DNA of 37,728 bases from an uncultured Candidatus Saccharibacteria bacterium. GTDB taxonomy: Bacteria; Patescibacteriota; Minisyncoccia; Phycocordibacterales; Phycocordibacteraceae. The position numbers and the translations under genes are program-made. Positions within the stretch are counted from its first letter, which is position 1. Every line of letters starts with the position of its first letter. Below the pieces are notes generated by a model that was given only the letters and a program-made list of their open reading frames with translations, was not told where the DNA came from and ran no database searches. Positions 1 to 9,533 of this stretch are shown one piece after another. The stretch lies in NCBI GenBank assembly GCA_964418065.1, contig CAYQJR010000002.1:1-37728 (forward strand), read 5' to 3'.

Positions 1-102
1 CACTTGCCGGCAATGATTGACTCTATCCACACTGCCAGGTATCGGCGCTTGCGGGAGCTGCTAATTGAAGCCCGCAAGGCCAAGCAGTGGTCGAAGCGTT
101 AG
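1..102 (+). CDS. 3' end of an upstream CDS truncated by the window edge (hypothetical)
   Basis: Frame 1 is open from nt 1 to TAG at 100-102 (HLPAMIDSIHTARYRRLRELLIEARKAKQWSKR*). A hairpin plus T-run follows 14 nt later. No family recognised. Confidence 0.3.
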   Translation, partial: HLPAMIDSIHTARYRRLRELLIEARKAKQWSKR

Positions 103-115
103 CCTCCCCGAAAAA

Positions 116-136
116 CTGCCCGGAAGGGCGGTTTTT
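116..136 (+). terminator. Putative intrinsic terminator
   Basis: CTGCCC-GGAA-GGGCGG hairpin (6 bp including one G-U) followed by TTTTT at 132-136. Confidence 0.5.
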
Positions 137-139
137 CAT

Positions 140-181
140 TTGACGAGGTGGGGAGGGCGGGGTAGAAAGAGAGTGGAAGAA
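140..181 (+). promoter_or_regulatory. Promoter-like module, copy 1 (TTGACG-17 nt-TAGAAA plus conserved 21-mer GGTAGAAAGAGAGTGGAAGAA)
   Basis: TTGACG at 140-145, a 17-nt spacer, TAGAAA at 163-168. The 21-mer at 161-181 recurs at 681-701 with one mismatch. A second shared block, CARTCAACC, lies further downstream in both leaders. Confidence 0.45.
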
Positions 182-222
182 GGACACGTACAAACCACAC
201 AATCAACCAGTAAGGGGGAATC

Positions 223-615
223 ATGGAGAAAATAGAGGTGATGGCCATCATCGGCATGGGGATTCTTGCCCTGCTGCTCGCAAGCATCATTCTCACTTGG
301 CGGGCGCGGAGAGTGGTGTCGAGCCACTATGACTGGCTGGAGGTACTCAGCCATTACGAATGGAAAGAAGGATCCCAGATCCATCGCGAGATGTCCGAGC
401 TCAAGAGCGCGAAGATCCCGAGCGGACTGGAGTATCTGGACCTTCCGCGACTTGAAGACGAAAGACTCGTCGAGAGCCAGCCCATACGGGTCAAGATACG
501 AGGGTATTCGATCACGATTCGGCAATACCGGCTTACACCGGCAGGCACTCGCCGGAGGGTGAATCGAGAGAAGGATAGACATCGAGAGACCTCCGATGTC
601 CCGCAACCCGCATAG
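223..615 (+). CDS. Hypothetical membrane-anchored protein with a possible winged-helix (PadR/ArsR-like) domain
   Basis: 130-aa ORF with an N-terminal hydrophobic helix (AIIGMGILALLLASIILTW). Then LEVLSHYEWKEGSQIHREMSEL...GLEYLDLPRLEDERLVESQ...YRLTPAG, which resembles the recognition helix, wing, and LxRLExxGLV pattern of wHTH regulators. A terminator follows immediately. Confidence 0.55.
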   Translation: MEKIEVMAIIGMGILALLLASIILTWRARRVVSSHYDWLEVLSHYEWKEGSQIHREMSELKSAKIPSGLEYLDLPRLEDERLVESQPIRVKIRGYSITIRQYRLTPAGTRRRVNREKDRHRETSDVPQPA

Positions 616-620
616 GAACA

Positions 621-646
621 AGGCCCGCTCCGGCGGGCCTTTTTTA
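621..646 (+). terminator. Intrinsic terminator
   Basis: AGGCCCGC-TCCG-GCGGGCCT perfect 8-bp GC-rich stem followed by TTTTTT. Confidence 0.8.
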
Positions 647-659
647 TCCGACAAATCCG

Positions 660-701
660 TTGACAGGAGGTTAAGAATGAGGTAGAAAGAGAGCGGAAGA
701 A
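660..701 (+). promoter_or_regulatory. Promoter-like module, copy 2 (TTGACA-17 nt-TAGAAA plus 21-mer GGTAGAAAGAGAGCGGAAGAA)
   Basis: TTGACA at 660-665, a 17-nt spacer, TAGAAA at 683-688. The 21-mer at 681-701 matches 161-181 at 20 of 21 positions. Confidence 0.45.
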
Positions 702-730
702 CTAATCGCAGTCAACCGACAGGAGGCCCT

Positions 731-1105
731 ATGGTGAAGGAGAAACTGGAGCAGAAAAGCATTGCAGAGATGCAAGGGCGTCGGTTTGAGGAACGCTGCG
801 AGAGCGCGCTTGCGATACTCCAGTTGCGCTGGGAGATGATTCAAATCATCTCCGAAGACTATTTGGAGCGCCGGCATGCGCAGATGCAGATGAGAGACGA
901 GAGACTCGCGAAGCTGGAGGATGAGGGAACCCGCCGCGATATGACGGCCCTCATCAAGCATCTCGCCGCTCTTGATGCCGAGGACGATGAGCGCTTCTTC
1001 CAGAAAACCTGGGAAGATGGAAAGCAGTTCGTAAGGGAGGTGCTCGGCTCCGACGCGGTCGATTTCGCCCTGAAAGCGATGGAAAAAGAACGGAGCGGGA
1101 GCTGA
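731..1105 (+). CDS. Hypothetical protein (charged, helical)
   Basis: 124-aa ORF. AGGAGG sits 5 nt upstream of the ATG. Codon usage resembles neighbouring genes. No recognisable family. Confidence 0.55.
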   Translation: MVKEKLEQKSIAEMQGRRFEERCESALAILQLRWEMIQIISEDYLERRHAQMQMRDERLAKLEDEGTRRDMTALIKHLAALDAEDDERFFQKTWEDGKQFVREVLGSDAVDFALKAMEKERSGS

Positions 1106-1132
1106 TTCGGCCAAAACTCGCAGGAGGTTCCG

Positions 1133-1411
1133 ATGGTTGCAAGACTCAGGTGCAAGAAGGTACTCAGATTCAGTTACGGAAGATCATGGGTACTGGATGT
1201 GGTGGAGAAGCTTCCCGGCGGGAAGGTGCGGATCCACACAGCATTCAGCGGAGGTGTGGTGCTCCCGAGACGCGCGGTCCGCTTGACTGTGTTTAGGGGG
1301 CTTAGAGATTCGAGTTTCTCTGTCGTCGATTTCGGCAACCGTAAAAGAGGGCGGAAGCCGACTGTCGCCATCATTGCTGCCGGCGCGAAAGACCGCCTCC
1401 CCCAACTCTGA
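1133..1411 (+). CDS. Hypothetical protein
   Basis: 92-aa ORF with AGGAGG 6 nt upstream of the ATG. No recognisable family. Long antisense ORFs overlap it, so the strand choice rests on the RBS and operon context. Confidence 0.45.
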   Translation: MVARLRCKKVLRFSYGRSWVLDVVEKLPGGKVRIHTAFSGGVVLPRRAVRLTVFRGLRDSSFSVVDFGNRKRGRKPTVAIIAAGAKDRLPQL

Positions 1412-1530
1412 TGCGCTTCCGCCGAGCATCCCAACTGAGCCGGACAACCGTCCGGCTCATTATTTTCATACACATTTGCGTTTTACCACTTACTGGACTA
1501 GGATTCTGGCAGCACCTTAAAGGAGAGCCT

Positions 1531-1734
1531 ATGCCGATGAAAGCGATACACCAGCATCCGCTGGACGCAACAGAGATGGTTCGCGGCCGCCTCCTCGGAG
1601 CCGGGGAGAAGCTGCAGAAAGGCGATGTCTACACTGACTCCACGAGCAGGAAATGGCAGCCGGTGCCGGACCCGTTCATCGGGAGCACGGTGGATGAACA
1701 CGGGCAGGGAAACCTGGTTCGTCCCGAACAATGA
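1531..1734 (+). CDS. Hypothetical small protein (67 aa)
   Basis: In-frame ATG at 1531 preceded by AAAGGAGAG. The longer track ORF from 1411 lacks an RBS. A hairpin follows the stop. Confidence 0.4.
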   Translation: MPMKAIHQHPLDATEMVRGRLLGAGEKLQKGDVYTDSTSRKWQPVPDPFIGSTVDEHGQGNLVRPEQ

Positions 1735-1775
1735 CCGTCCACAACGCGAGCCGTTGGAGGACGGTTCCGCTTTTA
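1734..1775 (+). terminator. Putative intrinsic terminator (interrupted stem)
   Basis: ACCGTCC/GGACGGT outer stem with an inner CAACG/CGTTG pairing, followed by TCCGCTTTT. Confidence 0.4.
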
Positions 1776-1836
1776 ATGTGCTATACATAATAATCAGAAC
1801 CCAGCATCCTGCTCGGGCACACTCGTCGGGGGAACT

Positions 1837-2343
1837 ATGTTGCTGCCGCAAGGGAATGACTATGTCTCGGGCGAAGTGTCGGTCTTTGACAGCCTCGTTC
1901 GTTTCGGCGAAGAGAAATCTTGCATCACTCTTCCTCATCATCTGCATGGTTTCCTCGTCGAATGCCTTCTCGAATATATGAAGGATACGGGCATTGTTCA
2001 GGAGGGATTTGCGCTCAACTTCCCTCTTGCGAGGATTGAAAAGCATGCTACGGGGAACCAGCGCCTTAAGAGAATGGGAGATGCTGCGCTGATTCTCGCC
2101 GGCCTGTTTCCGCAGAGGGCGCAACGGTTGAATGTCAGCGTGACGTATATCCGCGAGATGGGCGAGGGGGCGTATCTGAATCTCGCGGACAAGCTTCTGC
2201 GAGCGGGAAGTAAGGAACGCGCCCTGTTCTTTGGCGAGTTGGGAATACAGTTCCATCTTCTCGTCGAGGTTCTGAATGGAACGAGAGAACATCCGCAAAC
2301 CGCTTGGGCTGTCTACCAGCAGTTTCGAATGAATATGAATTGA
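1837..2343 (+). CDS. Hypothetical protein (168 aa)
   Basis: ORF with GGGGGA upstream, host-like codon usage (CTC/GAG/AAG/GCG rich), and a strong terminator immediately downstream on the same strand. Preferred over the overlapping 302-aa minus-strand ORF. Confidence 0.55.
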   Translation: MLLPQGNDYVSGEVSVFDSLVRFGEEKSCITLPHHLHGFLVECLLEYMKDTGIVQEGFALNFPLARIEKHATGNQRLKRMGDAALILAGLFPQRAQRLNVSVTYIREMGEGAYLNLADKLLRAGSKERALFFGELGIQFHLLVEVLNGTREHPQTAWAVYQQFRMNMN

Positions 2344-2354
2344 AGCAATAACGA

Positions 2355-2382
2355 AAGCCCCCGCCGGAGGAGGGGCTTTTTT
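2355..2382 (+). terminator. Intrinsic terminator
   Basis: AGCCCC...GGGGCT stem followed by TTTTTT. Confidence 0.7.
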
Positions 2383-2415
2383 GACTCCGCAAAGATTTTC
2401 AGGCATAGTAGGGAA

Positions 2416-2931
2416 ATGGATGAAGAAGAAGTAAAAATTGAGCCAGAAGATCCGGAAGCCGCAGAGGGCTTTGAGGCAAAGGTTGCCAAGATGCGCGAGG
2501 AACTTTCGGTGTGCCGTAAGGAAAAGCAGGAATATATGGACGGCTGGCAGAGGGCCAAGGCCGATTATGTGAATCTGCTTAAGAGAACCGGCGAGGACGC
2601 GAAGGTCTCGGAGCTGAGGGGCAAGGTGGGTGCGGTAGAGACACTTCTCCCCGCCTTTGACGCTCTAGAGCGTGCCAAGGAGCACGGTGAGATACCGGAG
2701 GGGTTTCTCGCTATTGCGAAGCAGCTGGAGAGCGCCTTCGCGTCACTTGGGTTGGAGGAGCTCGGGAAGGTGGGGGAGAAGTTTAACCCCGCGCTCCACG
2801 AGGCGCTCGGGCAGGACAAAGTTGAATCAAAAGATGAAGATGATATAATTACCGCAATACTCGAGAAAGGGTGGCGAGTGGGCGACAGTGTTATCCGCCC
2901 TGCGAAGGTGCGTGTCGGGCATTTTACTTAA
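2416..2931 (+). CDS. grpE: Nucleotide exchange factor GrpE
   Basis: 171 aa. An N-terminal acidic coiled-coil, then the FNPALHEA and VIRPAKVRV motifs typical of GrpE. Lies directly upstream of dnaK. Confidence 0.9.
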   Translation: MDEEEVKIEPEDPEAAEGFEAKVAKMREELSVCRKEKQEYMDGWQRAKADYVNLLKRTGEDAKVSELRGKVGAVETLLPAFDALERAKEHGEIPEGFLAIAKQLESAFASLGLEELGKVGEKFNPALHEALGQDKVESKDEDDIITAILEKGWRVGDSVIRPAKVRVGHFT

Positions 2932-2952
2932 CATAATGTAAATCTATTTCTT

Positions 2953-4848
<1,896 letters not shown>

Positions 4849-4851
4849 CAC

Positions 4852-4881
4852 TTGACATTTGGTATCTTGTTCGTATATAAC
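4852..4881 (+). promoter_or_regulatory. Sigma70-like promoter
   Basis: TTGACA at 4852-4857, a 16-nt spacer, TATATA at 4874-4879 (or TATAAC with an 18-nt spacer). Confidence 0.5.
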
Positions 4882-4921
4882 TAATCCAGTTTGCTGTACA
4901 CAAGCGGTATTCATTCAACTG

Positions 4922-5314
4922 ATGGGAGATTCAGTCATGATCAAGTTATTGATTGCATTGGCGATTGTCGCGATGGGCGGGCTATGGATTCATCTAAACT
5001 CCCCCTTTGATTCGAACGGTTCGGAACCGATCAACACGGCCCGCGTGGCAGTGAACAAAGAGGCGCTGGAGAACTGCCGAGACCACAAACGTTGCCTTGG
5101 CGGGTTCGTCAAATGGAAAGATAGGGCGAGTATCGATCGCATCAGTTCCTGCAGGACATGTGCATCTGGCACATATCCGATCAGGAATCTTGTATCCGCC
5201 CCTGACGATAGGCTCAACCAGCTCGAATATGTCCGGCTACCGGGTGATCCTCTTTGGAAATCGACCGCGATGAATCATGCTCTGCAGTTCATTCCGGAGG
5301 AATCTCGGCAGTGA
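4922..5314 (+). CDS. Hypothetical membrane-anchored Cys-containing protein
   Basis: In-frame ATG at 4922 (alternative at 4937). One N-terminal TM helix (IKLLIALAIVAMGGLWI), then a soluble part with several Cys. Has its own promoter and terminator. Confidence 0.5.
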   Translation: MGDSVMIKLLIALAIVAMGGLWIHLNSPFDSNGSEPINTARVAVNKEALENCRDHKRCLGGFVKWKDRASIDRISSCRTCASGTYPIRNLVSAPDDRLNQLEYVRLPGDPLWKSTAMNHALQFIPEESRQ

Positions 5315-5319
5315 GCAAG

Positions 5320-5363
5320 ACGGCGCGAGTGAATTCCCATTCATCTCGCGCCGTTGTAATTTT
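5320..5363 (+). terminator. Putative intrinsic terminator
   Basis: ACGGCGCGAG / CTCGCGCCGT 10-bp perfect stem with a 15-nt loop, followed by TGTAATTTT. Confidence 0.6.
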
Positions 5364-5384
5364 CCATACAAGAAGTTCATTAGC

Positions 5385-5413
5385 TTGACTTATACTCCGC
5401 CCGAGCATAGCTT
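5385..5413 (+). promoter_or_regulatory. Sigma70-like promoter
   Basis: TTGACT at 5385-5390, a 17-nt spacer, TAGCTT at 5408-5413. GGAGG sits 5 nt before the ATG at 5458. Confidence 0.4.
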
Positions 5414-5457
5414 CTAGGAGGAAGCTCCAACCACGCCACCCCTCATTCGGAGGTCAT

Positions 5458-6414
5458 ATGCAAGAGCTTAGCTCGGTTTTTCTGGACCACGAAGACTGGC
5501 CGGAATGGTTTACTCTTGACCTCATTCAGGGGCTCGACCCAACGGTTCTCCCACTGCCTCTCCCAGTCCCTCTCCTGATTCTCGGTATCGCTGAAGAACC
5601 GCTGAAGCGACTAGTCGTTGATTTGCAGAAATACAGCATGGTCGACGATTGCAAGAAGCGTCTCAAGGAATACGAAGTTGAGGCAGATTTTCTCCTCAAT
5701 ATCAACAAGCCCTGGGGTTTCGCGGGCGTGCTCAATCCATACCATCGGCAAGGTCGCACTGGAATAAGGGAGTACGCCATTCCGATTCCGCAGGTGGAAA
5801 AGGACGCCGGTGTCTGCACGACGTGTGACGGTGAGGGCTACGAGTGGGACCTCCAGTGGGACTGTCTGAATTGCAACAAGACAGGCCGAAGAACAGTGCA
5901 CGACTGGGATGCAGTTGATTGCATTTCCGCGACGCTCTGCGTTCTGGGAACAATTCTGTGCATGCCAGACAAGAAGCTGGTCGCCAGAACCGAGGCGGCA
6001 CGAAAACAGCTGCTCACGGTGCAAACGCATTTTGAAAGGGGTCGGGCCCTCATCGGGGCAACTCTTTCAGGACCGTTCAGCGACTACCTTCGCTCGCTCT
6101 CGGGTCAGGAATTGCCGGAAGTGAAGGCAGCGATGAGAAGTGTCTACCTACAGATGTTCCCGAGGTATGCACGATTCGGCGATTCCTCCTTCAAGGCTGA
6201 TGTACACAGAAACGGCCAGCTCATCATTGATGTACCCGGAAATGCATGCGGTCTGGGTGTGGATGGCTTCAGCAACAACAGAACTTCAGGACCGCTGAAA
6301 CTCCACGACCACAATGTCGATGGACACCACCAGCAGCTCACGCTCCTCTGCGGTCTTGCTGCGGTCAGCGGGATGGCCAGAAAGAGCCTGTACCCCGACG
6401 CATGCATGGCGTGA
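5458..6414 (+). CDS. Hypothetical protein with a DnaJ-type CxxCxGxG zinc-finger-like motif
   Basis: 318 aa with a GGAGG RBS. Contains CTTCDGEG (an exact CxxCxGxG) followed 10 residues later by CLNCNKTG. No other family recognised. Has its own terminator. Confidence 0.7.
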   Translation: MQELSSVFLDHEDWPEWFTLDLIQGLDPTVLPLPLPVPLLILGIAEEPLKRLVVDLQKYSMVDDCKKRLKEYEVEADFLLNINKPWGFAGVLNPYHRQGRTGIREYAIPIPQVEKDAGVCTTCDGEGYEWDLQWDCLNCNKTGRRTVHDWDAVDCISATLCVLGTILCMPDKKLVARTEAARKQLLTVQTHFERGRALIGATLSGPFSDYLRSLSGQELPEVKAAMRSVYLQMFPRYARFGDSSFKADVHRNGQLIIDVPGNACGLGVDGFSNNRTSGPLKLHDHNVDGHHQQLTLLCGLAAVSGMARKSLYPDACMA

Positions 6415-6419
6415 ATAGG

Positions 6420-6457
6420 GAAACCGCGCCGCCCCGGTATATGGGCGGTTTCTTTTT
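6420..6457 (+). terminator. Intrinsic terminator
   Basis: GAAACCGC...GCGGTTTC stem followed by a T-run (TCTTTTT). Confidence 0.65.
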
Positions 6458-6484
6458 GCATACAGAAAGTGGTGAGTGTATAAT
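6456..6484 (+). promoter_or_regulatory. Sigma70-like promoter of dnaJ
   Basis: TTGCAT at 6456-6461, a 17-nt spacer, perfect TATAAT at 6479-6484. The ATG lies 9 nt downstream. Confidence 0.6.
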
Positions 6485-6493
6485 CGGGGAAAC

Positions 6494-7576
6494 ATGGCAA
6501 AGGATTATTACAACGTGCTCGGCGTAGACAGGAAGGCGACTCCGGACGACATTAAGAAAGCGTTTAGGAAGCTCGCGCATAAATTCCACCCTGACAAGGG
6601 CGGCACTGACGAGCAGAAGTTTAAGGAGATTACCGAGGCGTACTCGGTTCTCTCCGACGATAAGAAGCGGCGCGAGTATGACGCCTATGGTCAGGCATTC
6701 CCCGGAGGCGCTCCGAGAGGAGGACAGGGGGCGCAGGGCTTCGGTGGATTTGACTTCAGTCAGTTCCAGCAGGGCTTTGGAGGCGGCGGAGTTGACTTCG
6801 ATTTCGGAGATATCTTCGGAGACGTATTCGGCGGCCGTCAGCAGGCCCGCACGCCGCGTGGCCGCGATATTTCCATTGACCTTGAGGTGTCGTTTAAGGA
6901 CGCAGTCTTTGGGACGACCCGTACCGTCCTTCTCGGCAAGGTCTCTACCTGCGCGCAGTGCCGCGGGAGCGGCGCCAAGCCGGGCACCGAGCTGGATACT
7001 TGCAAGACCTGCAACGGCAGCGGCCGCGTCCACGAGACGCGTAATTCTATCCTCGGACAATTCACCTCGGTGCGCACCTGCAGCACCTGCGAGGGAAGCG
7101 GCAAGATACCCAAAGAGAAGTGCACTACATGTCGAGGTCACGGTGTCCTGCGTAAGGAAGAAGAGATTAAGATTAATGTTCCCGCGGGCATTGATAATGG
7201 CGAGATGATTCGCCTCCCGCAACAGGGAGAAGCGATTAAGACCGGTGTTGCCGGCGACCTCTACGTGAAGATTCATGTGAAGGCTCATCCGACCTTCCGC
7301 CGCGACGGCGCGAACCTCGTGATGAATCTGCCGGTGAAGCTCACCGACTCGCTCCTTGGCACCACGGTCTCTGTTGAAACGCTAGAAGGGAAGACTCTTG
7401 AGGTCAAGATTCCCGTGATGAAGCGTGCGGAGGAGCTCCTGCGCGTGGCAGGCAAGGGTATCCCAGGCGACGGCGGCCGCGGCGACCTCATCATCCGCCT
7501 TGAAGTCGCACTCCCGCACAAGCTCTCGGGTAAAGCGAGGAAATCCGTTGAGGAACTGCGGACCGAGGGACTCTAG
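6494..7576 (+). CDS. dnaJ: Co-chaperone DnaJ (type I)
   Basis: J-domain (KDYYNVLGV...HPDK), a G/F-rich linker, and four CxxCxGxG repeats. Start moved to the ATG at 6494 (MAKDYY). The track ORF begins at GTG 6476, inside the -10 box. Confidence 0.95.
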   Translation: MAKDYYNVLGVDRKATPDDIKKAFRKLAHKFHPDKGGTDEQKFKEITEAYSVLSDDKKRREYDAYGQAFPGGAPRGGQGAQGFGGFDFSQFQQGFGGGGVDFDFGDIFGDVFGGRQQARTPRGRDISIDLEVSFKDAVFGTTRTVLLGKVSTCAQCRGSGAKPGTELDTCKTCNGSGRVHETRNSILGQFTSVRTCSTCEGSGKIPKEKCTTCRGHGVLRKEEEIKINVPAGIDNGEMIRLPQQGEAIKTGVAGDLYVKIHVKAHPTFRRDGANLVMNLPVKLTDSLLGTTVSVETLEGKTLEVKIPVMKRAEELLRVAGKGIPGDGGRGDLIIRLEVALPHKLSGKARKSVEELRTEGL

Positions 7577-7582
7577 CCGAGG

Positions 7583-7588
7583 TATACT
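7583..7588 (+). promoter_or_regulatory. -10-like box TATACT, 6 nt upstream of ATG 7595 (leaderless-type arrangement)
   Basis: TATACT-ACCCAG-ATG. Part of a recurrent pattern across this window. Confidence 0.4.
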
Positions 7589-7594
7589 ACCCAG

Positions 7595-8122
7595 ATGACC
7601 GACACGACCACTGAAGCAATTGCACAGGTGGGCACACTTGCAACGGAGTATTCGCTCACGGTCTGGAACTTCGCAGGCGATTTCCTTATCATCATCGTGC
7701 CTGTGCTCGTCTTCTTCGCCTTCGCGCGGTCAGAGGGGCGCGGCCCGTTTGTCGCCGTCTTGCTCGCATTCTACTCTGCCTACGCGCTCTATCTCACTTT
7801 CCCGTACGCCTCGTTCCTCCCGACCGCGCCGGCGCTTACCGCGCTCCTTGCACAAGCTGGCTTGTATTTCGCGCTTACAGTCGTGTTCTATCTCATCTTG
7901 CGCCGCATCGTTGTCTCCGACTTCCTCTACATCGGGATATTCGGGCTTATCATACTTTCGTTCCTTGCGACCGCGTTTCTTATCGCGCTTGCCTACCATG
8001 TCTTCCCGGTAGCGGCGGTATATAATTTCACCCCCGCGCTGGACGCGCTGTTTGCGGCCAAGGAATACTTCTGGTGGTGGTTCGCCGCGCCCGCTATCGG
8101 TCTCTTCTTCCTAGCCCGCTAG
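7595..8122 (+). CDS. Hypothetical polytopic membrane protein
   Basis: 175 aa, about five hydrophobic helices, Phe/Leu/Ala rich. No family recognised. Confidence 0.65.
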   Translation: MTDTTTEAIAQVGTLATEYSLTVWNFAGDFLIIIVPVLVFFAFARSEGRGPFVAVLLAFYSAYALYLTFPYASFLPTAPALTALLAQAGLYFALTVVFYLILRRIVVSDFLYIGIFGLIILSFLATAFLIALAYHVFPVAAVYNFTPALDALFAAKEYFWWWFAAPAIGLFFLAR

Positions 8123-8131
8123 TGATATAGT
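8123..8131 (+). promoter_or_regulatory. Extended -10 box TGaTATAGT, 6 nt upstream of the tyrS ATG
   Basis: TGATATAGT-TTCTCT-ATG. No Shine-Dalgarno sequence in the 6-nt gap. Confidence 0.45.
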
Positions 8132-8137
8132 TTCTCT

Positions 8138-9391
8138 ATGACTCTGGCTGAAGACTTGAAGGCGCGCGGGCTGATTGAGCACTCATCCACCACTCCCGAG
8201 AAGATTCTCTCGGCTCCGAGAACCGCCTATTTGGGTGTTGACCCCACCGCCGATTCGCTCCATGTCGGCCATCTTGTCCCGCTTCTCCTGATGAAGCGGC
8301 TCGGCGACGCGGGCAACAAGCTCATCTTCCTCGTCGGCGGCGGGACGGGAATGATCGGCGACCCGAAGGAGGTGGGGGAGCGCCCGATGCTGGACGAGAA
8401 GACGGTGGCGAAGAATACCAAGGCTCTGAAAACGCAACTGAAGAAAATCCTCGGGAATGTATCGTTTAAGATGGTGGACAATGCGGACTGGCTCGGCGGG
8501 GTAAAGCTCCTTCCGTTTCTCCGCGATATCGGGAAGCACTTCACGATAAACGATTTAATCAAACGCGACATCATCAAGAAACGGTTGGATATGCCGGACG
8601 AGAGCATTTCATACACGGAGTTCAGCTATTCGCTCCTCCAGGGCTACGACTATCTCACCCTCTATGAGAAATACGCCTGCGATCTGCAGATAGGTGCCTC
8701 CGACCAGTGGACGAATATCCTCTCCGGTGTTGACCTCATCCACAAGAAACTCGGGAGGGATGCATACGCCTTCACCGCGTCCTTGGTCACCGATGCCTCC
8801 GGCAAGAAGTTCGGCAAGAGCGAAGGCAACGCGATATGGCTGGATCCGAAGAAAACCTCCCCCTTCCGCTTCTACCAATTCTGGATAAATCTCCCCGACA
8901 CCGATGTTGAGAAATATCTCAAGATTTATACCTTCCTTTCGTTTACCGAGATGAATGTGCTGATGGAACTGCATAAGCAGAACCCCGGCGAGCGGCAGGC
9001 GCAGGAGACGCTCGCGCGGCTTGTCACCGAGATTGTGCACGGCCCAGCGTCCACAGCGCAGGCCGCAGCTGCCACCGACGCTCTCTTCGGTCAGACATCC
9101 TTCAACGCACTCTCCCGCGAGGCACTCGCGGTCGCACTCGCCGAGGCACCGAGCGCCACCCTCTCTAAGAAGGATGTTACCGACGGCTCATCGCTCGCCG
9201 AGGCGCTCGTAAATGGCGGCCTCGCTTCCTCAAAGAGCGACGCGCGCCGCCTCATCTCGGGGAAGGGAATCACCCTCTCGGGGCAGACAATCACGAACCC
9301 GGACCAAGCAATTCATCTGGGCGACCTTTCAAACGGCTATGCGCTCGTGCGTAAGGGTAAGCAGGGCGTCCTCATTCTCGTTTTGAAATAA
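8138..9391 (+). CDS. tyrS: Tyrosyl-tRNA synthetase
   Basis: 417 aa. HIGH variant HVGHL, KMSKS variant KFGKS, and a C-terminal S4-like domain. Confidence 0.95.
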   Translation: MTLAEDLKARGLIEHSSTTPEKILSAPRTAYLGVDPTADSLHVGHLVPLLLMKRLGDAGNKLIFLVGGGTGMIGDPKEVGERPMLDEKTVAKNTKALKTQLKKILGNVSFKMVDNADWLGGVKLLPFLRDIGKHFTINDLIKRDIIKKRLDMPDESISYTEFSYSLLQGYDYLTLYEKYACDLQIGASDQWTNILSGVDLIHKKLGRDAYAFTASLVTDASGKKFGKSEGNAIWLDPKKTSPFRFYQFWINLPDTDVEKYLKIYTFLSFTEMNVLMELHKQNPGERQAQETLARLVTEIVHGPASTAQAAAATDALFGQTSFNALSREALAVALAEAPSATLSKKDVTDGSSLAEALVNGGLASSKSDARRLISGKGITLSGQTITNPDQAIHLGDLSNGYALVRKGKQGVLILVLK

Positions 9392-9411
9392 GGGTAGAAA
9401 TCGGCTATAGT
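9383..9411 (+). promoter_or_regulatory. Sigma70-like promoter of tRNA-Tyr
   Basis: TTGAAA at 9383-9388 (overlapping the tyrS stop), a 17-nt spacer, TATAGT at 9406-9411. The mature tRNA 5' end is at 9421. Confidence 0.55.
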
Positions 9412-9420
9412 TGCCATATT

Positions 9421-9504
9421 GCGTCGGTGGCGGAGTGGTCAATCGCAACAGGCTGTAAACCTGTCGGACATAGTCCTACGGAGGTTCGAATCCTCCCCGG
9501 CGCA
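9421..9504 (+). tRNA. tRNA-Tyr (anticodon GTA), long variable arm, no encoded CCA
   Basis: Hand-folded cloverleaf. Acceptor GCGTCGG/CCGGCGC (one G-U). D stem GCGG/TCGC. Anticodon stem ACAGG/CCTGT with loop CTGTAAA. 15-nt variable arm (GGAC-ATA-GTCC). T arm GGAGG-TTCGAAT-CCTCC. Discriminator A. Confidence 0.9.
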
Positions 9505-9533
9505 CATCTTTTTCGTGGTATCGTACAGCTATT

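Noticed and set aside
1498-2406. 302-aa minus-strand ORF spanning two plus-strand ORFs
   Set aside because: It has no recognisable domain. It runs antisense to plus-strand ORFs that have RBSs and plus-oriented terminators (2355-2382 has its T-run on the plus strand). It also crosses the hairpin at 1734-1775. It is typical of the long shadow ORFs seen opposite GC3-rich genes.
2344-2952. Search for a CIRCE (HrcA) operator near grpE and dnaK
   Set aside because: No TTAGCACTC-N9-GAGTGCTAA-like inverted repeat was found upstream of grpE, dnaK or dnaJ by eye.
6365-7288. 307-aa minus-strand ORF
   Set aside because: It is entirely antisense to dnaJ, which has unmistakable J-domain and zinc-finger motifs. 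The sequence is Ala/Leu/Arg-rich and low in complexity, as expected for a shadow frame.
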